DNA of 64,000 bases from NCBI GenBank assembly GCA_964586865.1, contig CAZPJM010000002.1:463-64462 (forward strand), given 5' to 3'. The notes under the pieces were generated by a model. It was not told the origin of the DNA. It saw only the letters and a list, made by a program, of their open reading frames with translations, and did no database searches. The DNA comes from an uncultured Enterobacteriaceae bacterium. Its GTDB lineage: Bacteria; Myxococcota_A; UBA796; GCA-2862545. Of this stretch, positions 45,566 to 55,297 are shown one piece after another (the first letter of the stretch is position 1; each line of letters starts with the position of its first letter). A program made the position numbers and the translations under genes.

Positions 45566-48500
45566 CCACCACCTCCCTCACCTTCGATGCGGCGCTCCAG
45601 GATCTGCTGGTCGACCTCTCCAGCACGGCCGACACCGAAGTACGCCTGCACCCGGGGACGCGGCTCGGTCCCTACCGCGTCCTGTCCGAGGTGGCCCGGG
45701 GCGGCATGGGGGTCGTCTACCGCGGCGAGCACGTGGACACCGGCGGCGCCGTGGCCCTCAAGACCCTGCGCGCGGCGCGCACCGCCCATGCCATGGCCCT
45801 GGCCTGCGAGGCGGATGCCCTGCGCCGGCTGAGCCATCCGGGCGTCGTGCGCCAGCTCGATGCGGACCTCTCCGGGAGCAGGCCCTGGCTCGCGCTGGCT
45901 TGGCTCCCCGGCCCCTCCCTGGCGGCGGCCTGGCCTCCCCCTCCCACGGATCGGGCCGAGGCCCTGCGTCGCCTGGGCCAGGTGGCGGCCGCCGTCGCGC
46001 ATCTCCACGGGCGCGGGGTGGTGCACGGCGATCTCAAGCCGGACAACCTGCTGCTGGACGCGGTGGGACGGCCGGTGATCATCGACTTCGGGCTCGCCCG
46101 GAGCGCGCGACTCCGCCTGCTGGGAGAGGACCTGACCCGGGCGACCCGGGCGGGCCTGACGGCGCGCTACGCCTCGCCGGAGCAGGTGCGCGGCGAGCCC
46201 TTCGATGCGCGAACCGACGTATTCGCCCTCGGGGTGATGCTGCACGAGGCCCTCACCGGTCTCCACCCGTCCGAGGCGACCTCCGGTGACAGCGACGGGT
46301 GGACCCCCGCGCTGCAAGCCTGTTCCCATCCCATCGCCGGCCTGGTGGCCGCGGCGCTCCACCCCGAGGTCGACCGACGGACGACCTCTCCCGCGGCGCT
46401 CGCCCGTGCCCTCGGCGCGACCCTCCCCGTGGGTCCACCCGTCGCCTCCAGCGGCTTCGTCGGGCGAGACGCCGAGCTCGGCTTCCTGCTCGCGCGCCTG
46501 GACGAGGCCCGGGGCGGCCATGGCCGTACCGTGGTGGTGCACGGGGAGGCCGGCGTCGGCAAGTCCGCCCTCCTACGGGCGCTCGTCCAACGCGTTCGCC
46601 CGCGGGCCCACGTCATCCATGGGAGCGCAGCGGCGCTGGGCGACCTCCCTGGACTCGCCGGGATCCCGCTCCACGCCCCCCGGGAGATCCTCGGGACGCT
46701 GCTCACCAGCCACCTCCTGGACGGCCCCGCGGGACTCAAGCGGGTGTTCCGCGACCACCACACGGCCCTCTCCGCGCTCCTTCCCACGCTGCCCCGCGCG
46801 CTCGGTGTCGAGGCCGCGCCCGAGCCCCCACCGGGCTCGCTCCTCGGCGGCTGGCAGGCCCTGGTGGATGCCCTCGACGCCGCTCGCGGAGACCGGCCGC
46901 TCATCCTGTGCATCGAGGATGTCCAGTGGGCTGATGACGCCACCATCGGCCTGATGCGGCACCTGCGCGAGCAGGCGGCGACCCGTCCCTGGCTGCTGCT
47001 GTCGACCGCCCGTGCCAGACCCGGGACCGACCCCACCCCCTGGCTCCCGGAGGCCGCCCGGATCGCCCTCGCCCCGCTGCCCATCTCGCCCCGCGCACAG
47101 GCGTTCCTCCAGCGCGCGAAGCACCAGCTGGCCTGCCTGCCGGACGACAGCCGACACCTCGCCCGACGGCTGGCCTTGCTCGGCGAGACCTTCACCGCCG
47201 AGCTCGCCCTCCGCCTAGACCTGCCCGAGGGGGGGCCCGGCGACGCCGCCCGACGGCTTTCCGAGCTGCTCCATGCCGACATCATCGAAGAGGAGGCCTC
47301 CGGGCGGCTCTGCTACGCCCACCCCGAGCTGAGGGAGCATCTGCTCCTGGAAGGTCGCCCCGAGGAAGCCGCGGCCGTGGCCGGGACCCTCGAGGAGGTG
47401 GGCGCCGATCCGGCCCTCTGTGCGGGGCTGTGGCTGCGGGGTGGCCGGCTCGAGCAGGCCCTGGGCGCGCTGGAGCGGACCCTGCAGGCCGCCATCGATC
47501 GGCAGGCCCCGCGCGAGGCTTGGGCCATCCTGGACCTCCTCGTGCGGACCGCCGCTCGCATCGGGGCGGGCAGGCGGGCCGATGCCGCCCGCTGCCTCGT
47601 CCTGGAGGAGATCGCCATCCCCCGAGCGGACCGGGAGCGCGGCCTCGCCCTGGCCGACGCCCTGAGCGACAGCGACCTCCCCGCCCTCCGGGCGCGCGCC
47701 GCGGTCGGGCGAGCCGCCATCCACGTGCACCACCCCGGCCAAAGCGACGTGAAGGGGGCCCTGGAGGACGCCGGACGGCAGCTGGACGCGTTCCGAGAGC
47801 CCGATCTGCAGGCCCGTCTCGCCCTGTCCTGGTCGAGCTTCTGGCAGCGCTCCGGGAATCGGGCCGCAGCACGTGAGGTTCTGGAGCGCTTTCTGGACGG
47901 ACCCGCACGCCCGTCGGTCGAGCTGCGCGTGCTCGTGGGGACGAACCTGGCCTTGCTCGAGGCCCAGGCCGGGGAGCGCGCCCGGGCGGAGCTCCGCTAC
48001 GCCGATCTGCTGGCGGAGCTGGGTGAGCGGGCGCCCGCCCAGCAGGCGCGGATCTGGCTCAACCGGGGCGCCAACCTCTGCTACCTCGACGAGCTGGCGC
48101 ACGGGGCCTTCTATCTCGAGCGCGCCACCGCCCTCGCCCGTCGTGCGGGAGACCCACGGATGGAGGCCCTCTCCTTGCGCAACCGCGCGACCCTGGCACG
48201 AACCGGCACCCTCGACGACCAAGAAGCGCTAGCTCGCCTCTCCGAGGTCCTCCGCCTGACGGACCTGGGCGGGCTCGACAGCATCGCGCGGAGCGCCTGG
48301 ATGGAGCGTGCGCTGATCCTGGGCCGCACCGGTCAGCACGCGGCGGCACGGGACGCGCTGGCCCGCGCCGGCGAGGGAACCCCGCCCGCCGATCGGGCCA
48401 TCTTCGTGAGCGCCTGTCTGGACCTGTGGTCGGGACGGGTGCAGGCGGCGGCGGAGGCCCTCGAAGGCCTGGTGGCTCGCTTGCCCCCCGGCCTGGCCGG

Positions 48501-48663
48501 CGGCTCCCTGGCCCGCCTGGGACAGGCACGCTGGCAGCTCGGCGAGCGGGCGGAAGCGGTGCGATGCTGGAGGGCCACCTTGGATCAGCAGAGCACCGCG
48601 CGGCGTTACCGCCTGGAGGCGGAGCGCGGCCTGGCCGAGGCCCTGGCCGCAAGACCGCCTTAG
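45562..48663 (+). CDS. Ser/Thr protein kinase - AAA/STAND ATPase - TPR-like repeat protein (1033 aa)
   Basis: The GTG at 45562 overlaps the sigma stop (GTGA). The kinase motifs are GGMGVVYRG, VALKTL, HGDLKPDN (46024-46047), DFGLAR and SPEQ. The P-loop reads GEAGVGKSALLRAL. Confidence 0.85.
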   Translation: MTTTSLTFDAALQDLLVDLSSTADTEVRLHPGTRLGPYRVLSEVARGGMGVVYRGEHVDTGGAVALKTLRAARTAHAMALACEADALRRLSHPGVVRQLDADLSGSRPWLALAWLPGPSLAAAWPPPPTDRAEALRRLGQVAAAVAHLHGRGVVHGDLKPDNLLLDAVGRPVIIDFGLARSARLRLLGEDLTRATRAGLTARYASPEQVRGEPFDARTDVFALGVMLHEALTGLHPSEATSGDSDGWTPALQACSHPIAGLVAAALHPEVDRRTTSPAALARALGATLPVGPPVASSGFVGRDAELGFLLARLDEARGGHGRTVVVHGEAGVGKSALLRALVQRVRPRAHVIHGSAAALGDLPGLAGIPLHAPREILGTLLTSHLLDGPAGLKRVFRDHHTALSALLPTLPRALGVEAAPEPPPGSLLGGWQALVDALDAARGDRPLILCIEDVQWADDATIGLMRHLREQAATRPWLLLSTARARPGTDPTPWLPEAARIALAPLPISPRAQAFLQRAKHQLACLPDDSRHLARRLALLGETFTAELALRLDLPEGGPGDAARRLSELLHADIIEEEASGRLCYAHPELREHLLLEGRPEEAAAVAGTLEEVGADPALCAGLWLRGGRLEQALGALERTLQAAIDRQAPREAWAILDLLVRTAARIGAGRRADAARCLVLEEIAIPRADRERGLALADALSDSDLPALRARAAVGRAAIHVHHPGQSDVKGALEDAGRQLDAFREPDLQARLALSWSSFWQRSGNRAAAREVLERFLDGPARPSVELRVLVGTNLALLEAQAGERARAELRYADLLAELGERAPAQQARIWLNRGANLCYLDELAHGAFYLERATALARRAGDPRMEALSLRNRATLARTGTLDDQEALARLSEVLRLTDLGGLDSIARSAWMERALILGRTGQHAAARDALARAGEGTPPADRAIFVSACLDLWSGRVQAAAEALEGLVARLPPGLAGGSLARLGQARWQLGERAEAVRCWRATLDQQSTARRYRLEAERGLAEALAARPP

Positions 48664-48673
48664 GCTCCCACCC

Positions 48674-49297
48674 GTGCTCTCCCCCGCCCTCCCCGCCACC
48701 CTCCTCGCTGCCCTCGTGGCGGCCCTCGTGGGCACGCCCCACTGCCTCGGCATGTGCGGCGGCTTCGCGGCCGCCGCGGCCAGCTCTCCCATGGAGCTCG
48801 CCGCCTACCACCTGGGCAAGACGGTGACCTACGCGGTGCTGGGGGCCCTGGCCGGGACGTTCGGCGCCGCCCTGTCGGCCATCCCGGGCCTGGAGTTCCT
48901 GGGCGTGGCGGTGGCGGCGGTCTTCCTCGTGTGGTTCTCGGCGGCCCTCGCCGGGCTCCTCCCCGAGCCCAGCCTGCCCATCCCGGGCCTCGAGAAGCTC
49001 GGGATCCGCACCGCAGGGGCCCGCGGGGTGCCGGCGCGCTTCCTGTTCGGGCTGGTCAACGGCCTCCTGCCGTGCGGCCTGCTCTACGCGACGGTGGGGA
49101 TGGCGGTGGGGGCCGGCGGGCCCCTCGAGGGGGCCCTGACCCTGGTCGTCTTCGGCCTCGCCACCGTGCCGGGCCTCACCGCGGCGGCCCTGGGCCTGCG
49201 CCAGCTCCTGGGCCGCCATCCCTGGACCCGCCGCGTCCTGGCCGCGCTGGTGCTCATCGCGGGCCTGGGGGGCCTGGGCTGGCGTTACCTGGCCTGA
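48674..49297 (+). CDS. DsbD_2/TauE-SafE-like membrane protein
   Basis: 207 aa, polytopic, with the N-terminal motif GTPHCLGMCGG and a central LLPCG motif. The start is GTG. Confidence 0.6.
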   Translation: MLSPALPATLLAALVAALVGTPHCLGMCGGFAAAAASSPMELAAYHLGKTVTYAVLGALAGTFGAALSAIPGLEFLGVAVAAVFLVWFSAALAGLLPEPSLPIPGLEKLGIRTAGARGVPARFLFGLVNGLLPCGLLYATVGMAVGAGGPLEGALTLVVFGLATVPGLTAAALGLRQLLGRHPWTRRVLAALVLIAGLGGLGWRYLA

Positions 49298-49355
49298 GCC
49301 CTCAACCCCCGGGTCGGCCCGGCCGATCCGCACGGTGGAGGGGGTTCCCCAGCCC

Positions 49356-50309
49356 ATGGACATCCTGATCGCCGAGGACGACGCCCTGTCCCGCCTGCTG
49401 CTGCAGCGCGCCATCGAGCGCCTGGGGCACCGGTGCGGGGTGACCGCCGATGGGCTGGAGGCGTGGGAGCGCATCCAGGCCGGGCCTCCCGACGTCATCA
49501 TCTCGGACTGGATGATGCCGGGGCTCTCGGGGCCGGACCTGTGCCGGCGGATCCGGGCGCACGAGGCCGGCTACACCTACTTCATCCTCCTCACCTCCAA
49601 CACCGAGAAGGAGCAGCGCCTCGAGGGCATGCGCGCGGGGGCGGACGACTACCTGACCAAGCCCCTGGACACGGACGACCTGCAGCTCCGGCTCATCGCC
49701 GCCGAGCGGGTCACCCACCTCCACCGGCGGCTCCAGGCCCAGCAGGCCGAGCTGGAGGCCCTCAACGAGAGCCTCTACCTGGAGGGGCGGCGCGACCCGC
49801 TCACCGGGATCCCCAACCGGCTCCAGCTCATGGACGACCTGGATCAGGCCCAGGCCCGGGTGGCGCGGGACGGGACGCGCTTCTGCGTGGCCCTCTTCGA
49901 CGTGGATCACTTCAAGGCCTTCAACGACGCCCTGGGGCACCTGGCCGGGGACGAGGCCCTGCGTCAGGTGGCCCAGGCCCTCGCCCGGGTCTCCCGGCGC
50001 GACGACCGGGTGTACCGCTACGGCGGCGAGGAGTTCTGCGCCCTGTTCCGCGGCGCCGATCTGGAGGGGGCCCGCGGGGCGGCCGAGCGGATGCGCCAGG
50101 CCGTGGCCACCCTGGAGCTGACCCACCCCGGCAGCTCGGTGGGCCCGCACGTGACGGTCTCGGCGGGGGTGGCCGAGCACGTCGGATGCGCCGAGCTCTC
50201 CTTCGAGGAGGTGCTGAACCGGGCCGACGAGGCGCTCTACGCCTCGAAGGAGGCGGGGCGGAACCGCACCTCGGCCTGGGTGCCCCCGGAGCTGCGTAAG
50301 ACCGCCTGA
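49356..50309 (+). CDS. response regulator diguanylate cyclase (REC-GGDEF, PleD-like)
   Basis: The REC domain reads DVIISDWMMPGLSG. The active-site motif is GGEEF, with an I-site RRDD five residues upstream. The track start GTG 49335 is an alternative. Confidence 0.9.
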   Translation: MDILIAEDDALSRLLLQRAIERLGHRCGVTADGLEAWERIQAGPPDVIISDWMMPGLSGPDLCRRIRAHEAGYTYFILLTSNTEKEQRLEGMRAGADDYLTKPLDTDDLQLRLIAAERVTHLHRRLQAQQAELEALNESLYLEGRRDPLTGIPNRLQLMDDLDQAQARVARDGTRFCVALFDVDHFKAFNDALGHLAGDEALRQVAQALARVSRRDDRVYRYGGEEFCALFRGADLEGARGAAERMRQAVATLELTHPGSSVGPHVTVSAGVAEHVGCAELSFEEVLNRADEALYASKEAGRNRTSAWVPPELRKTA

Positions 50310-50350
50310 CGCCCCTTGCCGACGCCCCGGCCGGTCCCTACTCCCTCTTC

Positions 50351-51502
50351 ATGCTGCGCACCCTCCCCCTGGCCGTGCTGCTCCTCCACGGGTGCAGCGA
50401 GACGCTCCGCGACACCTCGCGGGCCGCCCCGGCGTCGGGCGCCCCCACCCCCGAGGCGCCCCTCGAGCAGGCGAGCGCGCCGCGCCCCGACCCCGACCAG
50501 GTCACCCCACGCGTGCCCAGCGTCTCGGCCCACGCCCTCATCGAGGACGAGCGCAACACCATCGCCGTGTTCGAGGCCGCCCAGGCCGCCACCGTCTATG
50601 TCACCCAGAAGCGGGTGGTGCGGGACTGGAGCCGCGGCGCCATCGAGGTGCCGTCCGGCTCGGGCACCGGCTTCGTGTGGGACGATCGGGGCCATGTGGT
50701 CACCAACGCCCACGTGGTGGACGGGGGCCGGGCCTTCACCATCACCCTGCACGACGGCCGCACCTTCGAGGCCACCCTCCGGGGGGTGGAGCCCCTCAAG
50801 GACATCGCCGTCCTCCGGATGGAGAGCCCCCCCGACGACCTGGTGGCCATCCGCCTGCCCGAGAAGGGCCGCGAGCTGCGGGTCGGTCAGAAGGCCATCG
50901 CCATCGGCAACCCCTTCGGCCTGGACAACACCCTCACCGTGGGCGTGATCAGCGCCCTCGGCCGCGACGTCGAGGGCTTCGGCGGCGTGACCATCCGCGA
51001 CATGGTCCAGACCGATGCCAGCATCAACCCGGGCAACTCGGGCGGGCCCCTGCTGGACAGCGCGGGTCGGCTGATGGGCATGAACACCATGATCTTCAGC
51101 CGCTCAGGGGCCTCCGCGGGCATCGGCTTCGCCGTCCCCACCCGCCACATCCGCAGGATCGTCCCCCAGATCATCGCCACGGGCCGCCCCCAGCGGGTGG
51201 GCATCGGGGTCTCCCTCCTGCCCGACGGCACCACCGCCCGCATGGGGATCCGGGGGATCGGCATCCGCGCCGTGGTGCCCGACTCTCCCGCCGCCCAGGC
51301 CGGCCTGCAGGGCTTGCGTCAGGGCCCCCGGGGGATCCTCCTGGGCGATGTCATCGTCGCCGTCGACGGCGAGCCGGTGCAGGACTTCGACGACCTCTAC
51401 AACCAGCTCGACCCTCGTGAGCCCGGCGATGTGGTCCGGGTGACGGTGGTGCGCGACGGCCGCTCTCGCGAGGTCGAGGTCCCGCTCTACGTGCTCGAGT
51501 AG
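50351..51502 (+). CDS. HtrA/DegP-family serine protease with PDZ domain (lipoprotein signal)
   Basis: Catalytic motifs are TNAHVV, the Asp in DIAVL, and GNSGGPL. A C-terminal PDZ domain is present. The N-terminus is LLLHGC. Confidence 0.9.
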   Translation: MLRTLPLAVLLLHGCSETLRDTSRAAPASGAPTPEAPLEQASAPRPDPDQVTPRVPSVSAHALIEDERNTIAVFEAAQAATVYVTQKRVVRDWSRGAIEVPSGSGTGFVWDDRGHVVTNAHVVDGGRAFTITLHDGRTFEATLRGVEPLKDIAVLRMESPPDDLVAIRLPEKGRELRVGQKAIAIGNPFGLDNTLTVGVISALGRDVEGFGGVTIRDMVQTDASINPGNSGGPLLDSAGRLMGMNTMIFSRSGASAGIGFAVPTRHIRRIVPQIIATGRPQRVGIGVSLLPDGTTARMGIRGIGIRAVVPDSPAAQAGLQGLRQGPRGILLGDVIVAVDGEPVQDFDDLYNQLDPREPGDVVRVTVVRDGRSREVEVPLYVLE

Positions 51503-51587
51503 GGGCCTCCCCCAGGGCTCCCGAGGGCGCTGGGCGGGCGTCCCCCGTCCGCTATGCTCGGGACCCCGCACCCTCCCTGGAGCCCCC

Positions 51588-52547
51588 ATGCCCGAGATCA
51601 CCTACGAGAACGTGGAGCCGCTCATCGCCGATCTGGAGGTCCGCGGCCGCTCCGTGGCCATCCAGTTCGAGTGCCCCGCCTCGGGGCAGCAGGTCCCGGC
51701 GCGCCACAGCCTGGCCCCCAAGGCCCAGTCCCGCGTGACCCAGACCGCCAAGCGCACCGCCTCCTACGAGGCCCGGCGGGCGGTGAGCTCCATGCTCCGC
51801 GGGGTGTTCGGCCGCGGCATGATGGGCCGGATGGCCTCCCAGGCCGCCGACTCGGCCCTCCAGATGGCCGCCTCGGGCCTCACCGGCTCCCAGCAGGGCC
51901 TCTCCAAGGCCGAGCAGCGTGAGGCCGTGGTCGAGGCCTTCCGCTCGGTGGCCTCCCAGTTCACCTGGGACGCCAGCAACGCCCGGTGGATCGCCGCCCG
52001 CGCCGCCCGGGAGCTCATGGGCCCGTTCGAGCTGCAGCTCGCCGACGCGCCCCTCGAGACCAACTACGACAAGCAGGTGCTCGCGCGGATGCTGGTCGAG
52101 GTCGCCCAGGCCGACGGCACCCTGGCCCCGGCCGAGAAGGACTTCATGAACGAGTTCCTCTCGCCCGACGTGGGAAGCCTGGACAGCCTGATGGAGCGCC
52201 CCCCGCTCACCGCCGCCGAGCTGGCCAACACGAGCCGGGGCAACGTCCGCGGGACCCTGCTCATGCTCACCTGGGTCCTGGCCCTGTCCGACGAGTCCTT
52301 CGACCCGGCCGAGGCGGAGCGCCTGAAGGCCTTCGGACAGGCGCTCGGGCTCACCGGCGCCCAGGCCACCGCCATGCGTCAGGCCGCCCAGGCCTTCCTG
52401 CTGGATCAGGCCATGGAGCGGATGGTCACCTGGGGCGGCCACGACGCCCACGCCCGCAAGGAGCTCTACGCCCTGGCCGATCGGCTGGGGATGAGCCGGG
52501 ACGAGGCGGAGCACGCCGAGGCGGCCTGGCAGCGTCGGCGCGGCTGA
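51588..52547 (+). CDS. hypothetical protein with TerB-like C-terminal domain
   Basis: LARMLVEVAQADGTLAPAEKDFMNEFL and LTWVLALSDESFDPAEAERL resemble TerB/DnaJ-like co-chaperone repeats. This is a weak call. Confidence 0.4.
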   Translation: MPEITYENVEPLIADLEVRGRSVAIQFECPASGQQVPARHSLAPKAQSRVTQTAKRTASYEARRAVSSMLRGVFGRGMMGRMASQAADSALQMAASGLTGSQQGLSKAEQREAVVEAFRSVASQFTWDASNARWIAARAARELMGPFELQLADAPLETNYDKQVLARMLVEVAQADGTLAPAEKDFMNEFLSPDVGSLDSLMERPPLTAAELANTSRGNVRGTLLMLTWVLALSDESFDPAEAERLKAFGQALGLTGAQATAMRQAAQAFLLDQAMERMVTWGGHDAHARKELYALADRLGMSRDEAEHAEAAWQRRRG

Positions 52548-52614
52548 TCCCCGCGTTGACGGCGGGGGGTCGGGCCGGTATTCGTGCCCACCCCATCGAC
52601 CCCGGAGGCGGCCC

Positions 52615-53469
52615 ATGACCTCGAGCCAGGCCGAGATCGACGTCAGCTACAGCGTCAGCAACGACTTCTTCAAGCTGTGGCTCGACGAGAACATGCACTA
52701 CACCAGCGCCGTCTGGGACGACGAGAACAACACCCTCGAGAAGGCGCAGGAGAACAAGGCCAACTGGCTCTACGACTTCGCCGAGCTGGACGAGACCAAG
52801 ACCGTCCTCGACATCGGGTGCGGCTGGGGCTCGTTCATCGACGTGGCCTGCCGCCGCGGCGTGAAGCGGGCCGACGGCATCACCCTCTCCACCGAGCAGA
52901 TCGGCTGGTGCAAGGAGCGTGGCCTGGAGAACGCCCGCTTCTGGCTGCAGGACTACGCGGAGTACGAGCCCGATGGGAAGTACGACGCCCTCGTCTCCAT
53001 CGAGATGATCGACCACCTGGTCTCGCCGAGGCAGGCCCGCGAGAAGCAGGCGGTGGCCATCTACCGCACGTACTTCAACAAGCTGGCCGAGTGGGTGGAG
53101 CCCGGGGCGCCCTTCGCCTTCCAGGCCATCCTCACCGACAAGCTCCCCCGGACCCGCAAGGATCTGGAGGACCTGGCCTTCACCGCCGACGTGATCTTCC
53201 CGGGTGGCCGCAACCCGCGCCTCGAGGAGCTGGTCATGGCGCTCCGGCCCAAGTGGGAGATCGAGGAGCTCCACATGCGGCGGACGCACTACCGCGCCAC
53301 CTGCGCCGAGTGGCTGCGCCGCCTGATGGCCAACGAGTCCCACATCCGCGCCACCTGGGGCGACCAGGTGATGGACGACTACATCCGCTACCTCGAGACC
53401 ACGGTCAGGGCGTTCGACCACATGTGGTCGGGCGATGTGCAGATGAAGCTCCGGCGCACCACCGACTGA
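52615..53469 (+). CDS. cyclopropane-fatty-acyl-phospholipid synthase family SAM methyltransferase
   Basis: HYDVSNDFF-type motif (SYSVSNDFFKLWLDENMHYTSAVW) and SAM motif I (VLDIGCGWG) are present. GGAGG lies 7 nt upstream. Confidence 0.85.
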   Translation: MTSSQAEIDVSYSVSNDFFKLWLDENMHYTSAVWDDENNTLEKAQENKANWLYDFAELDETKTVLDIGCGWGSFIDVACRRGVKRADGITLSTEQIGWCKERGLENARFWLQDYAEYEPDGKYDALVSIEMIDHLVSPRQAREKQAVAIYRTYFNKLAEWVEPGAPFAFQAILTDKLPRTRKDLEDLAFTADVIFPGGRNPRLEELVMALRPKWEIEELHMRRTHYRATCAEWLRRLMANESHIRATWGDQVMDDYIRYLETTVRAFDHMWSGDVQMKLRRTTD

Positions 53470-53505
53470 CCGCGCCAGCGCGGACCGGCAACGGTCCCCA
53501 TCCGA

Positions 53506-53539
53506 GAAGGCCCCGCGGCAGCATGCCGTCGGGGCCTTC
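53506..53539. terminator. GC-rich hairpin between convergent genes (candidate bidirectional terminator)
   Basis: GAAGGCCCCGCGGCA-GCA-TGCCGTCGGGGCCTTC forms a stem of about 14 bp with one small bulge. No T-tract follows. Confidence 0.5.
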
Positions 53540-53594
53540 GTGCAGCAGCAGGAGCCCCCGCGGGCCGGGCGACGGGAGTTGGCGTCACAGACGG

Positions 53595-55142
53595 CTACTC
53601 GGGCGTCTCTTCGGGGAGCTGCTGGCAGACCACCCCGTCCACCAGGGAGGTCTCGCTGGACAGGCGGGTCTGGTGGCTCTTCCGCCACAGGCAGTCGCGC
53701 CGCGTGGTGGTGCTGCCGTCCGGGGTGGTGGCGAAGGCGTCCTGGCCCTCGCAGCCCTCGCCGTTGAAGGCGAAGTTCCAGGCGTCGGTGTAGGCCGTGC
53801 CGTTGAGCTGCGTGTTCACGATGTCGGCCCCGGCCAGGCCCCACCCGTCGGCGCAGTAGTCCCCCGGGTTGTCCCGGGCCGCCGACCAGGGGATCTCCTC
53901 GGCGGCCAGGCACCCCTCGACCTCGATGGACCACTCGACCTCGGTGGTGCCGTCGGCGCAGCCGCTGCGGGCGTCGACGAAGACATTGGCGGAGCTGACC
54001 CCCTCGGCCCCGAGATCATCGAAGGCCACCACCTGGCAGGTCCAGGTCTCCTCGGCGTTGGTGAAGGCCGCCGGCACGGTGTCGCCCTCGAGGCCCCCGG
54101 TGGTCACGTTGGCCGTGAAGGGGGCCCCGTCCACCAGCCAGCGGGCGCGGTAGGAGACCGGATCGCCGTCCGGATCCTCGCCCTCGGTGGTGCGGCGGCA
54201 GATCAGGTCCTCGTCGGAGAAGGGGGCCTCGGGCGAGATGGCCACCGCCACCTCGCCCGGAGGGCTGTTCAGGATGGAGGCCACCTGGCTGGCGCGCCAC
54301 TCGCCGGGGGTCTCGCCGTCGTTGCCACGGACCTCCACCCACACCTGGTCCCCGGCGTCGAAGGCGGTGGTGCCGTCAATGGCCGGGCTGTTGGCGTCGG
54401 GGATGGGGGTGCCGTTGCGGAGCCAGCGGTACTCGAGCCGGACCGTGTCGCCGGCGTCCGGGTCCATGGCCTGGGCCACCACCGAGAGGACGTCGTTGGT
54501 GCGGGCCTCGGTGGCGCTGATCTGGACGCGCTCCACCACCGGCGGGGCGTTGACGATGCGGAAGGTGAGGGTCGCGGTGTTGCCCGCGCTGTCGCCATCG
54601 AACGGGGTCACGCGCACCCGCCACTCCTGGCCCACCCGGGTGGACTGGGCCGAGATGGTGCGCGTGGGGACGCCGAAGTCTTCCCACTTGCCGCTCTCGT
54701 CGCGCCGCTGCCAGGCGTACTCGACGAAGGTGGGGTCGCCGTCCGGGTCGATCCCGGTGCCGGTGGCGGTGATCTCGTCGGCCGAGGTGGGCTCGACCGG
54801 ATTCAGGGTCACCTCGGCGCGGGGCGGGGCGTTGCCGACCGTGAGGTTGGCGGTGCTGGAGCGGCCCCCGCGGCTGGCGGTGACGGTCCAGGTCTGGCCC
54901 TTCTCGGTGAGGTCGGCGGGGACCACGAGCCCGTCCAGATCGGCACGCGGCTCGTCCTCGCCCTCCACCTGCCAGGTGTAGGTGTAGCGGTCCTCCTTGC
55001 CATCGACGACGGTGAGCACCAGGTCGTCGAAGGTGTTCGCCCCGGCGGGACCCAGGATCAGGGGCGGCCCGTTCTCGCCGTCTCCGCCGCCACAGGCAGC
55101 GAGGAGCGCGAGGGCCGTCAGCGCAGGTGCGGTCGTGCGCAT
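53595..55142 (-). CDS. lipoprotein with four tandem ~90-aa beta-sandwich-like repeats (DPDGD motif) and a Cys-rich C-terminal domain
   Basis: The ATG at 55142 follows GGAGGAG. The lipobox reads LALLAAC. The repeats are at 53973-55061 and the Cys-rich tail at 53598-53972. Confidence 0.7.
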   Translation of the reverse strand: MRTTAPALTALALLAACGGGDGENGPPLILGPAGANTFDDLVLTVVDGKEDRYTYTWQVEGEDEPRADLDGLVVPADLTEKGQTWTVTASRGGRSSTANLTVGNAPPRAEVTLNPVEPTSADEITATGTGIDPDGDPTFVEYAWQRRDESGKWEDFGVPTRTISAQSTRVGQEWRVRVTPFDGDSAGNTATLTFRIVNAPPVVERVQISATEARTNDVLSVVAQAMDPDAGDTVRLEYRWLRNGTPIPDANSPAIDGTTAFDAGDQVWVEVRGNDGETPGEWRASQVASILNSPPGEVAVAISPEAPFSDEDLICRRTTEGEDPDGDPVSYRARWLVDGAPFTANVTTGGLEGDTVPAAFTNAEETWTCQVVAFDDLGAEGVSSANVFVDARSGCADGTTEVEWSIEVEGCLAAEEIPWSAARDNPGDYCADGWGLAGADIVNTQLNGTAYTDAWNFAFNGEGCEGQDAFATTPDGSTTTRRDCLWRKSHQTRLSSETSLVDGVVCQQLPEETPE

Positions 55143-55297
55143 GGATCTCCTCCAGCGGTCGGCCGGCACTCCGACCAGCAAGGGCGTCAGCATAGCGTCA
55201 AGTCGACCGATCCTCGCCACCCGTGTGGCACGCGACCGACGCGGACCCGTCCTGATCGGGCTGCCATGCGGAAGATGCGCCGTCATCCGGCTGACGG

